From assembly GCA_039545335.1 (NCBI GenBank), contig BCIN01000001.1, positions 1,981,129 through 2,045,128 on the forward strand: a DNA stretch of 64,000 bases, given 5' to 3'. Numbering within the stretch: the first letter of the stretch is position 1; every line of letters starts with the position of its first letter. Both the position numbers and the translations under genes were made by a program. The stretch comes from Kondoa subrosea. Taxonomy: Eukaryota. Shown here piece by piece: positions 22,768 to 34,727 of the stretch. The notes beneath the pieces were generated by a model, which saw only the letters and a program-made list of their open reading frames with translations, searched no databases and was not told the origin of the DNA.

Positions 22768-23420
22768 ATGGCTTCCAGCATGCTATGCCTCCGTCTTTGC
22801 CTTCTGTCCAAACCTCTGTCAAGACAATTATCTTCAACTCGACCTCTTTTCGTAGACACTGAACAAATGATCAAAGTCACAGGCGATGCGGTCAAGAAAT
22901 CTCTAGCTCGGAAAACTACTACCTCAATTGACGATCTCCTCAATTCCTCCTCTTTAACACCTTACAATCGTCGACCTGTTGAAAGAGTCAAAACATTAGA
23001 CGAACGTTGGTCCGAAACTACTAGAAATCAAACACTTTCTTTTGGATACAACAATACTGGAATTGTTGTTGGTGGTAGACCAACACCTTATTCTTCAAGA
23101 ACAGTTAAAGTGAAACCTAATGCCACTTCTACTTCAATGGGAAGAAATCCTACTGCTAGTGTGAATGATTTGACAACGGCTTGGAAAAAGTTGCATGTTA
23201 TTATGGGTGAAAGCAATGTTAGGAAAGAATTGAGGAGGAATGTACGATATGAGAAACCTACGTTATTGAGACAACGGTTGAACAGTGAGAGGCATAGAAG
23301 GAGATTCAAGGTTGAAGTGGGGAAACAGATTAGTGAACTAATGAGGCTGAAGAAGAAGGGTTTGGTAAGTCTGCTTTGCTGCTTTCGGCGGTCGAGGTCT
23401 TATGATTTGCTTGATAGTAA
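22768..23420 (+). CDS. MRP21: Mitochondrial ribosomal protein bS21m
   Basis: Presequence followed by AWKKLHVIMGESNVRKELRRNVRYEKPTLLRQRLNSERHRRRFK. A GTAAGT intron after KKKGL leaves only the TAA in the last coding exon. Confidence 0.88.
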
Positions 23421-23581
23421 TGCATCGAGATGGTCTAACAGAGACAAGCGCAGAGCACGGTAATACATGTATATTGCATAAGAAAGCATGAGAAGTCGTT
23501 TACAATGGATGATTGAATCAGAGCTAGCACAAATACAAAAGCCAGGCCGTATGACAAGTAATACAAAGAGTAGCATTCTAC

Positions 23582-26500
23582 TCAAGCCTCTTCATCCGAA
23601 GAAAGCATAACGAATTCGTCGTCTGAACCTTCATCAGCCAAACTTGTGAATTCGCTATTGTTGTCATCTTCGAAAGGGTTGCCAGAGCGCTCTGATCCTG
23701 GTGAAGTGACTGCAGAGCGATGTTCCAATGGTGAACCCACTGAGGTACTAGCAGTGGGTAGAACGATAGAGGAAGAAGCCATAGATGAGGGGTTTGAAGT
23801 GACATCCGCGACAATGATTCTAATAGGCAAGAACGTAAGCAATGATGGAAAGAATGACGTGATCGACTTACTCAATCCAGAAGACTTCACCGAACAATTC
23901 ATTGTTGGCCATAAGTTGGAAATATTTGGCGAACTTGCCATTGACTGGTGCTGCTTTCGCAGGAGCTTGCAATTCGACGGCGACACTTGTGACTTGACTT
24001 GGATCGATGGCGCCAACAGTAATAGGCGGAGTTCTACCACCACGAACGGGAACAAGAGTAGTATCTTTGGGCCAAGCTTCTGAACCGGTATTCGCGATAT
24101 CAAACGTCTTCACAAAGACAGCTGAAGGTGCGACAGTGATCGTGTTTTCATCTGCAATGAATTTGACCAGAGCAGAGGCCAACTTGGCCTTAGCAGGAAG
24201 AGTTGGGGTGACGTTCTCGTCCCGACGAATGGCTTCAAGCTGATTAATGTGTTCCGCTTTAGTGCTTGGAAGAATGACGGAAGAAACAAGAGGTTCAGGC
24301 AAAGGTACTTCCATCTCAGTGACGAATGTCAAAGCTCTTTCAGCGGCTTCTTGAGGTGTTTCATGCTTGTCCAACAGATCTTTGAAGTATGCTTTGAGTT
24401 CTGGTCCAGTCTTGGGTGATTGATGTGGACTTGAATCTCTAGACTGATGACCAGCTTCTTTGTGAACAGGTCGAACAGGTCGAGGAACTTCAACGTTGAT
24501 GCTGTAAGGGCCAAGATCAGACTATTGCGCAGGCAAAAGCTGATCAGATGCTCACGAGACCCAGAGACTATCGCCGAAAGACTTGTTATTCTCATCTTGC
24601 AGAGTGCATAAACCGACAAAGTTGCCTTCAACACCTGGTGCTTTTAGAGCAGGAAGCTCAAGATCGACGGTTTCGCCAGGCTGAGCTTGAGGAACAGTGA
24701 CAACTTGCTGCTGACGAGAGAAGTGCCAGTTAGCGGAGAAGACCAGGCGAGAACCAAGAGGCCAGGCTTCTGTTCCAGTATTGCGCATGCGGTAAACTTT
24801 GGTGAATTCCTGTACGCCCAGATTTACAGATTGAGGCCTAATTCGGTCACTGAGCAATCAGCGTACCTCATTTGGTTCCATACGAGTACCATCCGGAATC
24901 GTAACGTCTTCAACAAAGGTAGCTTTCAATCCCCTAACAGGCTTAGGCTTCTCCAGAACAGTAACCTTTTGCAACTTCTTGTCGGCACCAACCTCGATTT
25001 GTAAGGTACAAGGATATTCTTCAACATCGGCATCGACAAGCAATTCATTGGCATGGTAAGATCTCTGCAAGAATGCCAAATCGCCCTCTTGAACTCGTTC
25101 GCGAATCTTGAGCATATTGTGTGAGATGGGATGAACAGCCACAGGAAGAGCTTCGCAAGCGGCACAGAGATCGAAATCAGGGCAATCTTGATGAGCTGTG
25201 ATGGAAGACAGGGAAATATCAGCAAGATTCTGATATGCTACCGTCCCACTCACTGCACTTGTATCTAACTCCAGCGATAGTCTTGTCGCAACCATCGCAG
25301 GTGACACCAACATGAACAGGTTTGGTAGATGGGAGCGCAATAGCCACAGCTCTTTCCAAAGGAATGAAAGTATGGTTAGGGTGAAGCATACCGATAGCGC
25401 GATGACAATTGGAGCAGGCATCCCAGTCAGGGCATTGAAGACATTTGTAACGAACGCCAATAATGGTTGAATTGCAAAGGTCGCAAGTAGCGTTGTGAGT
25501 GACTTGAGGAGCAGGCGTGGAGACTTCAGCCTTCTTGTTCTTGCAGTCGCACTGTAAGACACGAAACAGAAAACATCAGCCTGGGTAGATGGCAATTTTG
25601 TCGTGACTACTTACCTCCGTCTGATCCGATTTAGCCTTTTTCAAGCACCTAAAACCCAGAATCACTATCAGTAAATTCTGTATATCAAAGAAGGACAAAC
25701 CAGTCGCACCATTTAGCCTGTCCAGCTTCCTCGGTACCAAGACCAGCACCAAAAGTATCTTCGACCAATTCCGTCATTCGTGCCAAGAACGCATTAACTT
25801 GTTCACTCTTCTTCTTCTTCTCTGCATTTGGCGGTAGTGTTTCTGTTTTGACAGGAACGACTTCTTTCTGTCTATGTTCACCACAAACACCAGAGGAGAC
25901 GATATTCTTGTTGTTATTGCTCGCGGAACCAACTTGAACAAGTTTCTGAACATTGATATCGCTTGCAAAGGGATTCGCTTTGTTTGTCGAGAAGAATTCA
26001 GGGTGGCATACCGAACCAATGTAGGCTGGTTGATAAGACTCTGCGCGTTGCGAAGACTGTGAATTAGCAGCGGCAGCAGCAGCAGCAGTCCATCGACCAG
26101 TAAGCTTGCTGCAAGTCTGAAGATTCTTGTTGGTTTGGATGGGTTCTTGAAGGCCGCGCTGGGGAGAGTTCAAGGCTCTCGAGTCATTCTGGTTGCCGGT
26201 TTGAACAGGAATGTAATGGTTGCCTTGACTGCCAACTCTTTGTGTTTCTCTGTGCCATGCCAAATCTGCGAAAGAGAGACTGGGCTTGTTGCATTTGATG
26301 CGTGGATCGTTGTTTGGAACAGTAGCCCAATTGACCTCGGAGCTCTGAGGTCTTGATAGACTAGCAGCAGCAGGAGCTGAAGAAGGTGCAGCGAAACTGA
26401 CAGGTCTTTGAGCCATACTAGCGAATGGAGAAGGTTTCGAATTATCTGTCGATTTGGTAGCTTTTGCAACCTGTGCCAGATCAGATCGAATTGGCGTAGT

Positions 26501-27597
26501 TTGACCAAAAGTAGATCTTGGTTGCGAAGGTTGGGCGTAGAAATCACTTATGGTATGATTTTTCGGAGGAAGCTCCTTCTGCGAGCTGGAGGACAACTTG
26601 GTAGTGCCAGCGCAAAGATCCGAAAAGTGGTTTCGAGGTGGACTTGGAGCGGATTTGATAGTAGCTTGATCACGTATCTGTTTCAATTGACTCATCTCTT
26701 GACGGATAATATCTTGACACTTCTTAGCGCTCAGGATTGTGTTACGAGCGGTCTCGATGACAGCGTTCATGTCTTTGGCGAGATCGTTCCTTGCATCGTT
26801 TCCAGGAGGAAGCTCAGAACGCTTCATGTTATTAGTGCCCGAAGCTGCGTTGCGTGCTTTGTTGAACTTTTCCTCAGTTGCCCTTATCGCTGCTATTGTG
26901 TCTGCCAAATTAGCAGCAGCCTTTGGTGGCGATTGGGAAGTTGCAACTGGAGGTGTATCCATTAGATTAACCAGAGCAGGTGCAACAGGTGTAGTAGAGG
27001 CAGGAGAAGAGATCGTGACAATCTCCAGCTTGACCATCTTCCGATTCTTCTTATCAGGTTGGGCTACGATTCGAAATTTAGTAACGTATAGGAGATGCAA
27101 GTATCACAGAACTGCTCACCTCGTTTGAGGATCTCTTGAACCGGCTGAGAAAGAAAGGTCTGTCAATGGTTTCCACGTCAGTTTGCTTGCGACAACTTCT
27201 CGAATGATATCGAACGCACCGCGTAATCCCTCAAAACGACCGGCTTCGGGTTATACATTTGCACAGTCTCATCTTGATCGTGTAAGAGCAAATAGAAAGA
27301 TTCAGGTTTGAGCGAAAAGAGCGTCTGAGTCCGTTCTTGCAATCCTGCCCCTGTCATCGTCGGACCTTTGTTTAGCTTCACATTGCCTGAGCAACAATAG
27401 AACATACAGAGAGCAGGGGAGGCCAGCGATCCTTCATAGCCAAAGCGTCTGTTGCAAGCGAAAGATTAGCATCTAGACCGAATGCTGTGCGGGGAGGCTG
27501 CAAAGATAGATGGAAGGCTCTCCCCGCTAGACTGCTGTACTCACTTTGAATCCTGGCCGTGAATGAGCTTGAAGACAAACGATTGAACAGTAGCCAT
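23582..27597 (-). CDS. NBR1: NBR1-like selective autophagy receptor (PB1-like N-terminus, ZZ fingers, two FW/NBR1 domains, C-terminal AIM/LIR)
   Basis: MATVQSFVFKL.. N-terminus; ZZ fingers HNATCDLC..RYKCLQCPDWDAC and HVGVTCDGC..RYKC..CPDFDLC; FW domains ATFVEDVTIPDG..FTKVYRMRNTGTEAWP and FVKTFDIANTGSEAWP; tail DDEFVML. Confidence 0.85.
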
Positions 27598-27732
27598 GGC
27601 TGGACAAGTCGAACCGTTCAAGAGCAAGCTTCGTCAGACAATATTGCTTACACGAGGTTTACTGGTAACGGCCTTCCCAGCCGGTCTCTTGCCTGGCTCC
27701 TCTCGCCCGAAACTCAGCTCCTGTGCTTGCAG

Positions 27733-30700
27733 ATGGACGACATCCACGTTGTAGACGCTCGCAAGAAGCACGTTACAAATGTTCGGCGTTCTTTAAGTCA
27801 AGACATCCTTCAAAAGACTCCCTTCTCAGTCTGGCTGGTCTTAGCCGTAGTCTTTGCGATCTCTGTACTCTATCTTCGCGTTGTTTTAGCCAAGAAAGCA
27901 GCCTCCGCCAAAGCGGTCTTGAACCAACGAAGAAAAGCTGGGATTCCAGATTCAGACAAGAGACCTTGGAGAGTTGCGTTTGTAGATGCGGAAAAGGCTA
28001 GGTTAAAGAGAGAAAAAGAAAAGAATGATTTGTTGTTGATGCAAAAACGACCTTTGGTGCGATCTGCTACCAGTAATGCCTCATTGGCTGTACCTGCTTC
28101 TCCTTACGGTTCACCGCGAATTGGAGCTAAAAGTCCCCTGTCTTATCAATCGCAGCACAGGGGTCAGTCTAAGCTTTTAATCGCAATGGAGTGCACCTCT
28201 TATGCGATTGTGATGTCGCTGACAGCTTCAGCGTCTTCTCACTCCTTACCACAATCCAGAAGTGCTTCAACTTTCATTGAACGTAATGCATCACCTCGAC
28301 CAGAAACTTATCGACGACCATCCTTCACACCATCGCAATCTCAACTTCATCGTAAGTTCTGTTCACATTCTTACTCTCTGTCATACATTATACTTGATTC
28401 TTGACTTTAAAGTAGAAGAATCACGTCAAGCTTCTCCTGCTCCTTCTCAATCTGGAAAACCTAAGCTTATTCGTTCTCATTCCGAGATATCTTCTTTCGA
28501 ACCAGATCGAAAACGTCAAAGGCAAATAGAAGATGCTTCAACCGATGTAGAAGAAGAAGAGGAGCCTGAAGAACCACAACAAAAAAGAGGGGAGAAGAGA
28601 AAACAAGTAGCTCCTGATACACCTGAGAATGATTATTCGAGTAGTAGTAGAGGAACTAAAGGAAAGAAGAGATCTAAACCTAATCCTGGAGGAAGTGGAA
28701 GGAAAATACCCGGTGCTATTGATGAAAACCAAGATGAGGAAAGTAGTGGGAAAGAGGACGAAGAGATGGATGTGGATTCCAAAGAGAAAGAAGAAAGTGG
28801 AGGGAAGAAAAGATCCAGAGATGAAGATGATGATGAAGATGAAGCATCTGTAGCACCCTCTAGAAGTCCGCCAAAGAAGAAACGAAATAAGAAAGAGAAG
28901 ATCGCTGCTGCTCCGAGTGCTAAAAGTGAAAAGAGCTCCAGAGGACGTCAAAGAGAATCCAAGTGGACTAATCTGGTGGGAGAGAAATTCAGACTGGACG
29001 AAGAGGGTAGAGAAATCAAGCTTGTTGAAGTAAAGGAATGGAGATTGAAGTATCAGATGGTCAGTTTGAGATACTTTCCTCAGCGTAGTATTGATGGTTC
29101 TAATTTCTGCATCTGACAGCCTGCAGACTCTAGACATCCCGACAAAGACCTCAAAGAATTAGTTGTTGTCGAGAGATGGGTCGATGAAGACGAATTCAAT
29201 AGTCTGAAGAAAGCTTCAATGCTAGGTTGGCAGCCTGCACCTGACTCTACTTCAATGGACGAATCAAAAGATGAGGACATCAGCATGTCGATTAGCGAGA
29301 TCGAGGTTAGTCAAGTCGTGGTAAATTGAGTCCTGAAGCTCAAGTGCGCCTCGTCGATAGTCTGCAAATTCTTCTCGCGACTTCACAAAAGGCGAGAAAT
29401 CTCTCTTCTATGCTCGCGGAACTGGAACACCTCTTCGCTCTACCACGCCTCAAGGCAAATTACCGACAGCTTCAGCAGCTACATCCGCATCGCCAAAATT
29501 AGTGAAGTCAGTCATTTATCTTAAGTTCTGCGATCCACACTGATATAGTATGTAGCGGTCGCTTCCGTTTACCTTCTAGTACTCAGGCACCAAGAAGAAG
29601 TCTCGGGCTTTTGCGTGATGCTAGTGGATCAGCACCTCGGCTGAAGAAACGATCTAACACTCCGTCAGATCTGAATGCCTCTCAGAGCTTTGACAGTCCT
29701 TCTGTATCGCTCATCGGATCGAAAGAGCCATCTCCTCTTCCTTCGGCTAGCGCTAGTCCAGTTCCTTCTTTCAGCTTTACTCCCAGTCCTGCGCTAGAGA
29801 AGTCGGAAAAGCCAGTCGAAACAAAACCTGCTTTCTCCTTTGGTCCTACTGCCCCGATAGCAAATGATCAAAAGAAGGAAGAGACCGTCAAACCGAGTTT
29901 CTCGTTTGGCCCTCCAGCAAAGGCATCTGTAGCCGCCGGAGCGCCCTCCTTTTCTTTCGGTACCCAGCCAGCTGTAACGTCGACTGAAGTGAAGACCTCC
30001 GCAGCTGGTAAGTTTGTCGATCGGCGTTATTTTCAACCACTAATTATCATTCTAGCTCCATCACCTTCTTTTTCTTTCGGGCCCGCCCCTGTTAGTAGTA
30101 TACCTGAAGCAAAGAAGGCTGATCCTGGTAAGTACATTCGGTGTATCTGTAAATCTGTGAAGGCTAATCACGCTTTAGTTCCTACTTCTGCATCGCCATT
30201 CTCATTTGGCGCAACTCAAGTTTCTGCTTCTTCTACGCCGCCTGCTACTCAGACTACATTCAACTTTGGTGCACCTGTGCCATCATCAAGTGCACCTAAA
30301 CCAGCATTCAGTTTCGGATCGCCTGCTAAGGTTGAAGAATCCAAGCCGCCTACGAATACATTTTCTTTCGGTACAACATCATCTACTATACCCTCTAGCG
30401 TGAATTCACAAGCATCTAAACCGATCGAAGCGTCCAAGTCTGCCTTCAGCTTTGGCTCGACTCAAGCTACACCAGCATCTCAGCCTCAAGCTACCTTTTC
30501 TTTTGGCGCATCATCTAATCCTACAGCTAATCCGAGTTCCAGTGCAGTCAATCAACCTGCATTCAACTTTGGCACATCGAATACTCAACCTCAGCAAACG
30601 ACACCTGCGTTCTCTTTCGGCGCCTCGTCTAACCCTGCAGCTAATCCGAGTCCCAGTACAGTCAATCAGCCTGCATTCAACTTTGGCACATCAAATACCC

Positions 30701-30957
30701 AACCTCAGCAAACGACGCCTGCGTTTTCTTTTGGTCAGCCTGCTCCTACTCAGACTGGGTTTTCTTTTGGCTCATCCACACCGAATTCAAGCTTTGCTCA
30801 GTCGCCAGTTGCATCGCCAGCTCAGCAACAGCCTGGCTTCAACTTTGGCGCTCCATCCAGTGCTCAACCCGCGTTCAATCCTGGTTCGACAACACCAGGT
30901 GCAACGAACCCAAGTCCTGTTCGGCCTGCTAGGCGGATGCCTGTCAGAAGGAGGTAG
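27733..30957 (+). CDS. Membrane-anchored FxFG-repeat nucleoporin (POM121/Nup153-like architecture), about 8 exons
   Basis: N-terminal TM helix (FSVWLVLAVVFAISVLYLRVVL), basic NLS-like clusters, 16 FSFG/FNFG motifs and a basic tail RPARRMPVRRR*. I checked the splice junctions between the ORFs and they stay in frame. Confidence 0.8.
30496..30735 (+). repeat. Internal 114-bp (38-aa) tandem duplication within the FG region
   Basis: FSFGASSNP(T/A)ANPS(S/P)S(A/T)VNQPAFNFGTSNTQPQQTTPA occurs twice, starting at 30496 and 30610. Confidence 0.9.
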
Positions 30958-31276
30958 ACGGGCTGTATACTTGTACTTCATTTGCAACAAAGGAAATACA
31001 TGTACATTTGAATCAATTCGAAAACCTTTCTGAATTCTCTTCCTCAAACTGCCACAGAGGCTGACTTGCTTGCATTGATTTCGCTTCCCCTCGCGGCCAT
31101 GTGTCTGCGTCACTGCTCAAATTTGAACTTTATGTGCCGCCAAAGGCAGTCCAGACAGGATCTATTTCAGATGCCCGTATCCTGAATTAGATGCATTGCT
31201 TACTCTTTTCCTTCTACGCTCAAGATCCAGACGAGCGTCGTTGTTCTGATCTCCTTATCACACCACACAACTTATC

Positions 31277-33437
31277 ATGGAGCATCTGATCGAATTATGC
31301 CATCCTGGTCAAGAAACTCTGACTGACGCTTTGGCCAAAGCTCCGCACTCTCAACCTGCAAAGGTCGCAGAAGAGCTATTCGATGGGCCTAGCAGGCTTA
31401 GCGGCAAAGTCAACCAGCTGTCAATCTCATCTGAACATCAGGCCAAAGATCCAACCTACCCCAGCAAGGAAGAGCTGGACGCTGCTGCTCAGTGTGGTGA
31501 TTTCCCAAACAGACCATCAGATCTCTTTCTAGCCATGTATTTCTCAGTCTTGCGTACTCTTCAACGTCATCCTCTTTCCGGAATGGTTTCACCCTCGCTT
31601 CTTGCCTCATCAGGATGTATTCCTCTTTCGATTATCTCAATCATTCCTGACATAATGAAGCACTATGCTGAGGTAATCATTGGTGCTGAGCATGAAGTTA
31701 TGCTCGCAACCAATTTCTGGGTGGGAAGCAAGAGTAGCAAGATCATCACAGATGCTATGAGAACATTGTCGGCCAAAGCGGAAAAGCGAGGAAAGAAAGT
31801 TGTCTTCAAGCTCATTTACGACAGAGGAAACATCAAGCAGGTAATTGAGAACCATATAGTGGTCAAGGAGGATGTGGTGAGTTTTCCTGCATTACTGTAC
31901 TATGTATCTTATGACAGCAAGATAGTTTACGGGTGAAGAAGTGCAGATACCTAGTCGCGCAGAATTACCAGGTCTAGAACTCGAAGTGGTCAATTACCAT
32001 CGACCTGTAGTAGGCACTTTTCATTCCAAGGTACGGTGCACTTGAAGCTATGTATTTCTAAAACTAATACTTTGATCTAGTACATGGTAGTAGATCGGAA
32101 GATTGCCTTGTTGAATTCCAATAATATCCAAGATCGCTGCAACAGTAAGCATGATTGTCTTACGGGTTACTGGAATTGCTCATTGTGCTTCAGTGGAAAT
32201 GATGGCTCACATGGAGGGTCCAATTGTTCAATCATTTTATGATATGGCGCTACTGAGCTGGGGAATCGCATTGAATCCGCCTCTCCCTCTTCTATCGATG
32301 CCTAAACCTGCATCGTATGAGTACAAATTTGGCCTCGGTCACCGGTACATTGCAAGTAAGAACATTGAAGGTCTAGACCAAGTCAATCCAGCTTCTGCTC
32401 GAGCACAACCAGAGCATCATTCGGGCAAGCCTGTGCAAACCTCGGCGCAAAGGATTGCTGCTATAACAGAACACCTGAGTAAGCAATCTTTGAACAGTAT
32501 CTATATCCATTTCTGAATACGGATTGAACAGACGCAGACCTTCAACCGGACACCAAAGGCACTCTTCCCGAGCACATTGAGATCGAACCTTTTCGACCGC
32601 ATATTATACACGCAGCTCACGAACCGTTCCCAATGGCTTTGGTCAACAGAGAGCCGCATGGTAGACCTGGTCATGGCGATACGGTGAACCCACAAGATGC
32701 AAGTTTCCTTGCAGGATTCCGTTATGCAAAATCTGTACGTGATTGGGAGCCTGCCTTTTCTGCGACATTGTCTGAAACAGCTTGAGCAGAATGTTTTCAT
32801 CCAAACTCCTACTTTTAATGCACCTCCAGTTGTTGAAGCTTGTCTTGACGCAGTCCGAAGAGGCATTGTCTGCGTCCTGTATTTGGACTTAGGCTTCAAT
32901 GATGATGGCGAGCTCTTACCTTATCAAGGTGGTACAAATGAAGACGTATCAGAGAAAATGTACAAGGAGCTAGAGAATGATCCAAATAAGCGTAATTTGC
33001 GTATCTATTGGTATACGGGCAAAGACATGGAGCGTCCTATTAATGCTCGAGAACAGAAGAGAAATTGTCATGTCAAGTTAATGATCGTTGATGATCATGT
33101 AGCAATTCAGGGAAATGGCAACCAAGACGCTCAAAGTAAGTTAGCTTTCTCACTCCAACAAAGAGACGTCCTAAATCTATGCTTGTTTGCAGGCTGGTTC
33201 CATTCTCAGGAGATCAATGTCATGATTGATAGTGAACAAATCTGCAAAGAATGGAAAGCTGGCATTCGTGCTAACCAGAACACGCATCTCTACGGAGAAC
33301 TGGCTTTTGATGGAAAATGGTTAGATCACGAGGGTCATCCTCTTCCTGGTGCCACGGGCGCTAACACAGGCCCTTTCAAGAGTCTGAAAGGCATCAAGGG
33401 AGCAATCAAACGAGTGCAAGGCAAAGGTGGATTCTAG
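31277..33437 (+). CDS. Phospholipase D superfamily protein (two HKD motifs)
   Basis: FHSK|YMVVD..LLNSNN and CHVKLMIVDD..IQGNGNQD..SQEIN; multi-exon. Confidence 0.88.
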
Positions 33438-33557
33438 GCTTCATGAATATATCGGACATTTTCATTTTGTAATATCCTATGCTACATTCCCGTGTACACA
33501 TATCAATCTCTGCTCTTCTGAGAGTTTATACAGACGAACAATTTGCCGATTCTCGTC

Positions 33558-34438
33558 TTACAATTTGGCTATCTCTTTCACACCCTCTTTCTTGAGCAAA
33601 TCCTCAATCTCCAATTCACTCGTGCACAAAATACAGGTATCTGCCAAAGCGCCAACCCGATGCTTCTGATTCACTGCCTGATAATCTTGACTGGCCAACA
33701 TATCGGCGAAATGGAGCAAAGATGGGTAGTGGGCGAGCGCGAATTCATGCCAGATGCCTTGAGTCTTCTCATCCACATCAATCAATTGTCCAACGAGTTT
33801 CGCATTTCCACCTCTTTTAGATCCAATAGTTTTAGCGAAAGCTTGACCATATTGCTGATAAGAAGCTTTCGAGTCTGGATTGAACGAAAGAAGGTTGAAC
33901 ATCGAACATGCGCCTTTGAACGGAAGTGAGGATTCGGAGCTACCGATCCATGAACGGAGTTCAGGTGAGAAGGATAGATCTTGTGAAGATTGTTTGAGTA
34001 TAGGGGAATCTAAGGCTCCAGTGAGAGCAGGTACAGAAGATGGCTCGGGATGAAGAAGGGAGGGATTTATCTTGGTCAGGAAGTCCTTGGTCAGGCGAGA
34101 AGGAATGCCAGCGCGACTGGTCCCTGTGAACAAGTCAGCTTCAGATGAGAAGTTGCTGGTCTAGACTTACAATGCTCCTTGACGATGAAAGAAGAGGAAT
34201 GTCCGGTCAAGATTGCTCTAACAAGCTCTTGCGATTCCTGAGTATCCTCAATCACCATGTACAAATCCCATCGAGTGTTCAGCAGCTGCGAAACCTGGAT
34301 CTTCTCCGGCTTGATGATCCATCGAATAGGTTTAGATAGAACCAAAGGTTTAGCTTTGCTGCCCTTGATGTATTGTAGCAGAGAGACAAGCTGAGAAGGA
34401 GAAGCCAAAGAGAAGAGATGAACAGATGCAATAGGCAT
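33558..34438 (-). CDS. Hypothetical protein with a DUF1330-like (dimeric alpha-beta barrel) C-terminal domain
   Basis: Two exons; MFNLLSF..YQQYGQAF..GGNAKLVG..WHEFALAHYPSLLHFADMLASQDYQAVN..HR..AL. Confidence 0.7.
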
Positions 34439-34727
34439 TGCTATGACGCAGTCCGAAAGCTTAGCGGATGAGATCAAAGATATGGAGCGGTCTGCTTATA
34501 GATTGGAGAGGTCAGCAGAGCAGAAGCGAGCTGTGCTGTGATGATTGGTAATGAAGGCTCTGAACAAGAGGCACGTGAAATGATATGAAGATCAAGACGA
34601 GGATATTTTTATGGTCGCAATCAGCAAGCGGCGCGATAACGATTGCTGACATGAAATTGAGCATGTTGTCTTGGTCGATTGGCATATTTGTACATTTTTA
34701 TCGACATCCTTATTTCATCAGAAGTAC

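Noticed and set aside
24858..25595. 245-aa ORF-track protein as the true NBR1 frame
   Set aside because: Its N-terminal half is out of frame with the ZZ fingers, which appear in another frame and rejoin through the intron at about 25250-25197.
28538..29137. 199-aa Phe/Leu-rich antisense ORF (similarly 13005..13412 and 26408..26965)
   Set aside because: Shadow ORFs from purine-rich or low-complexity coding sequence on the opposite strand.
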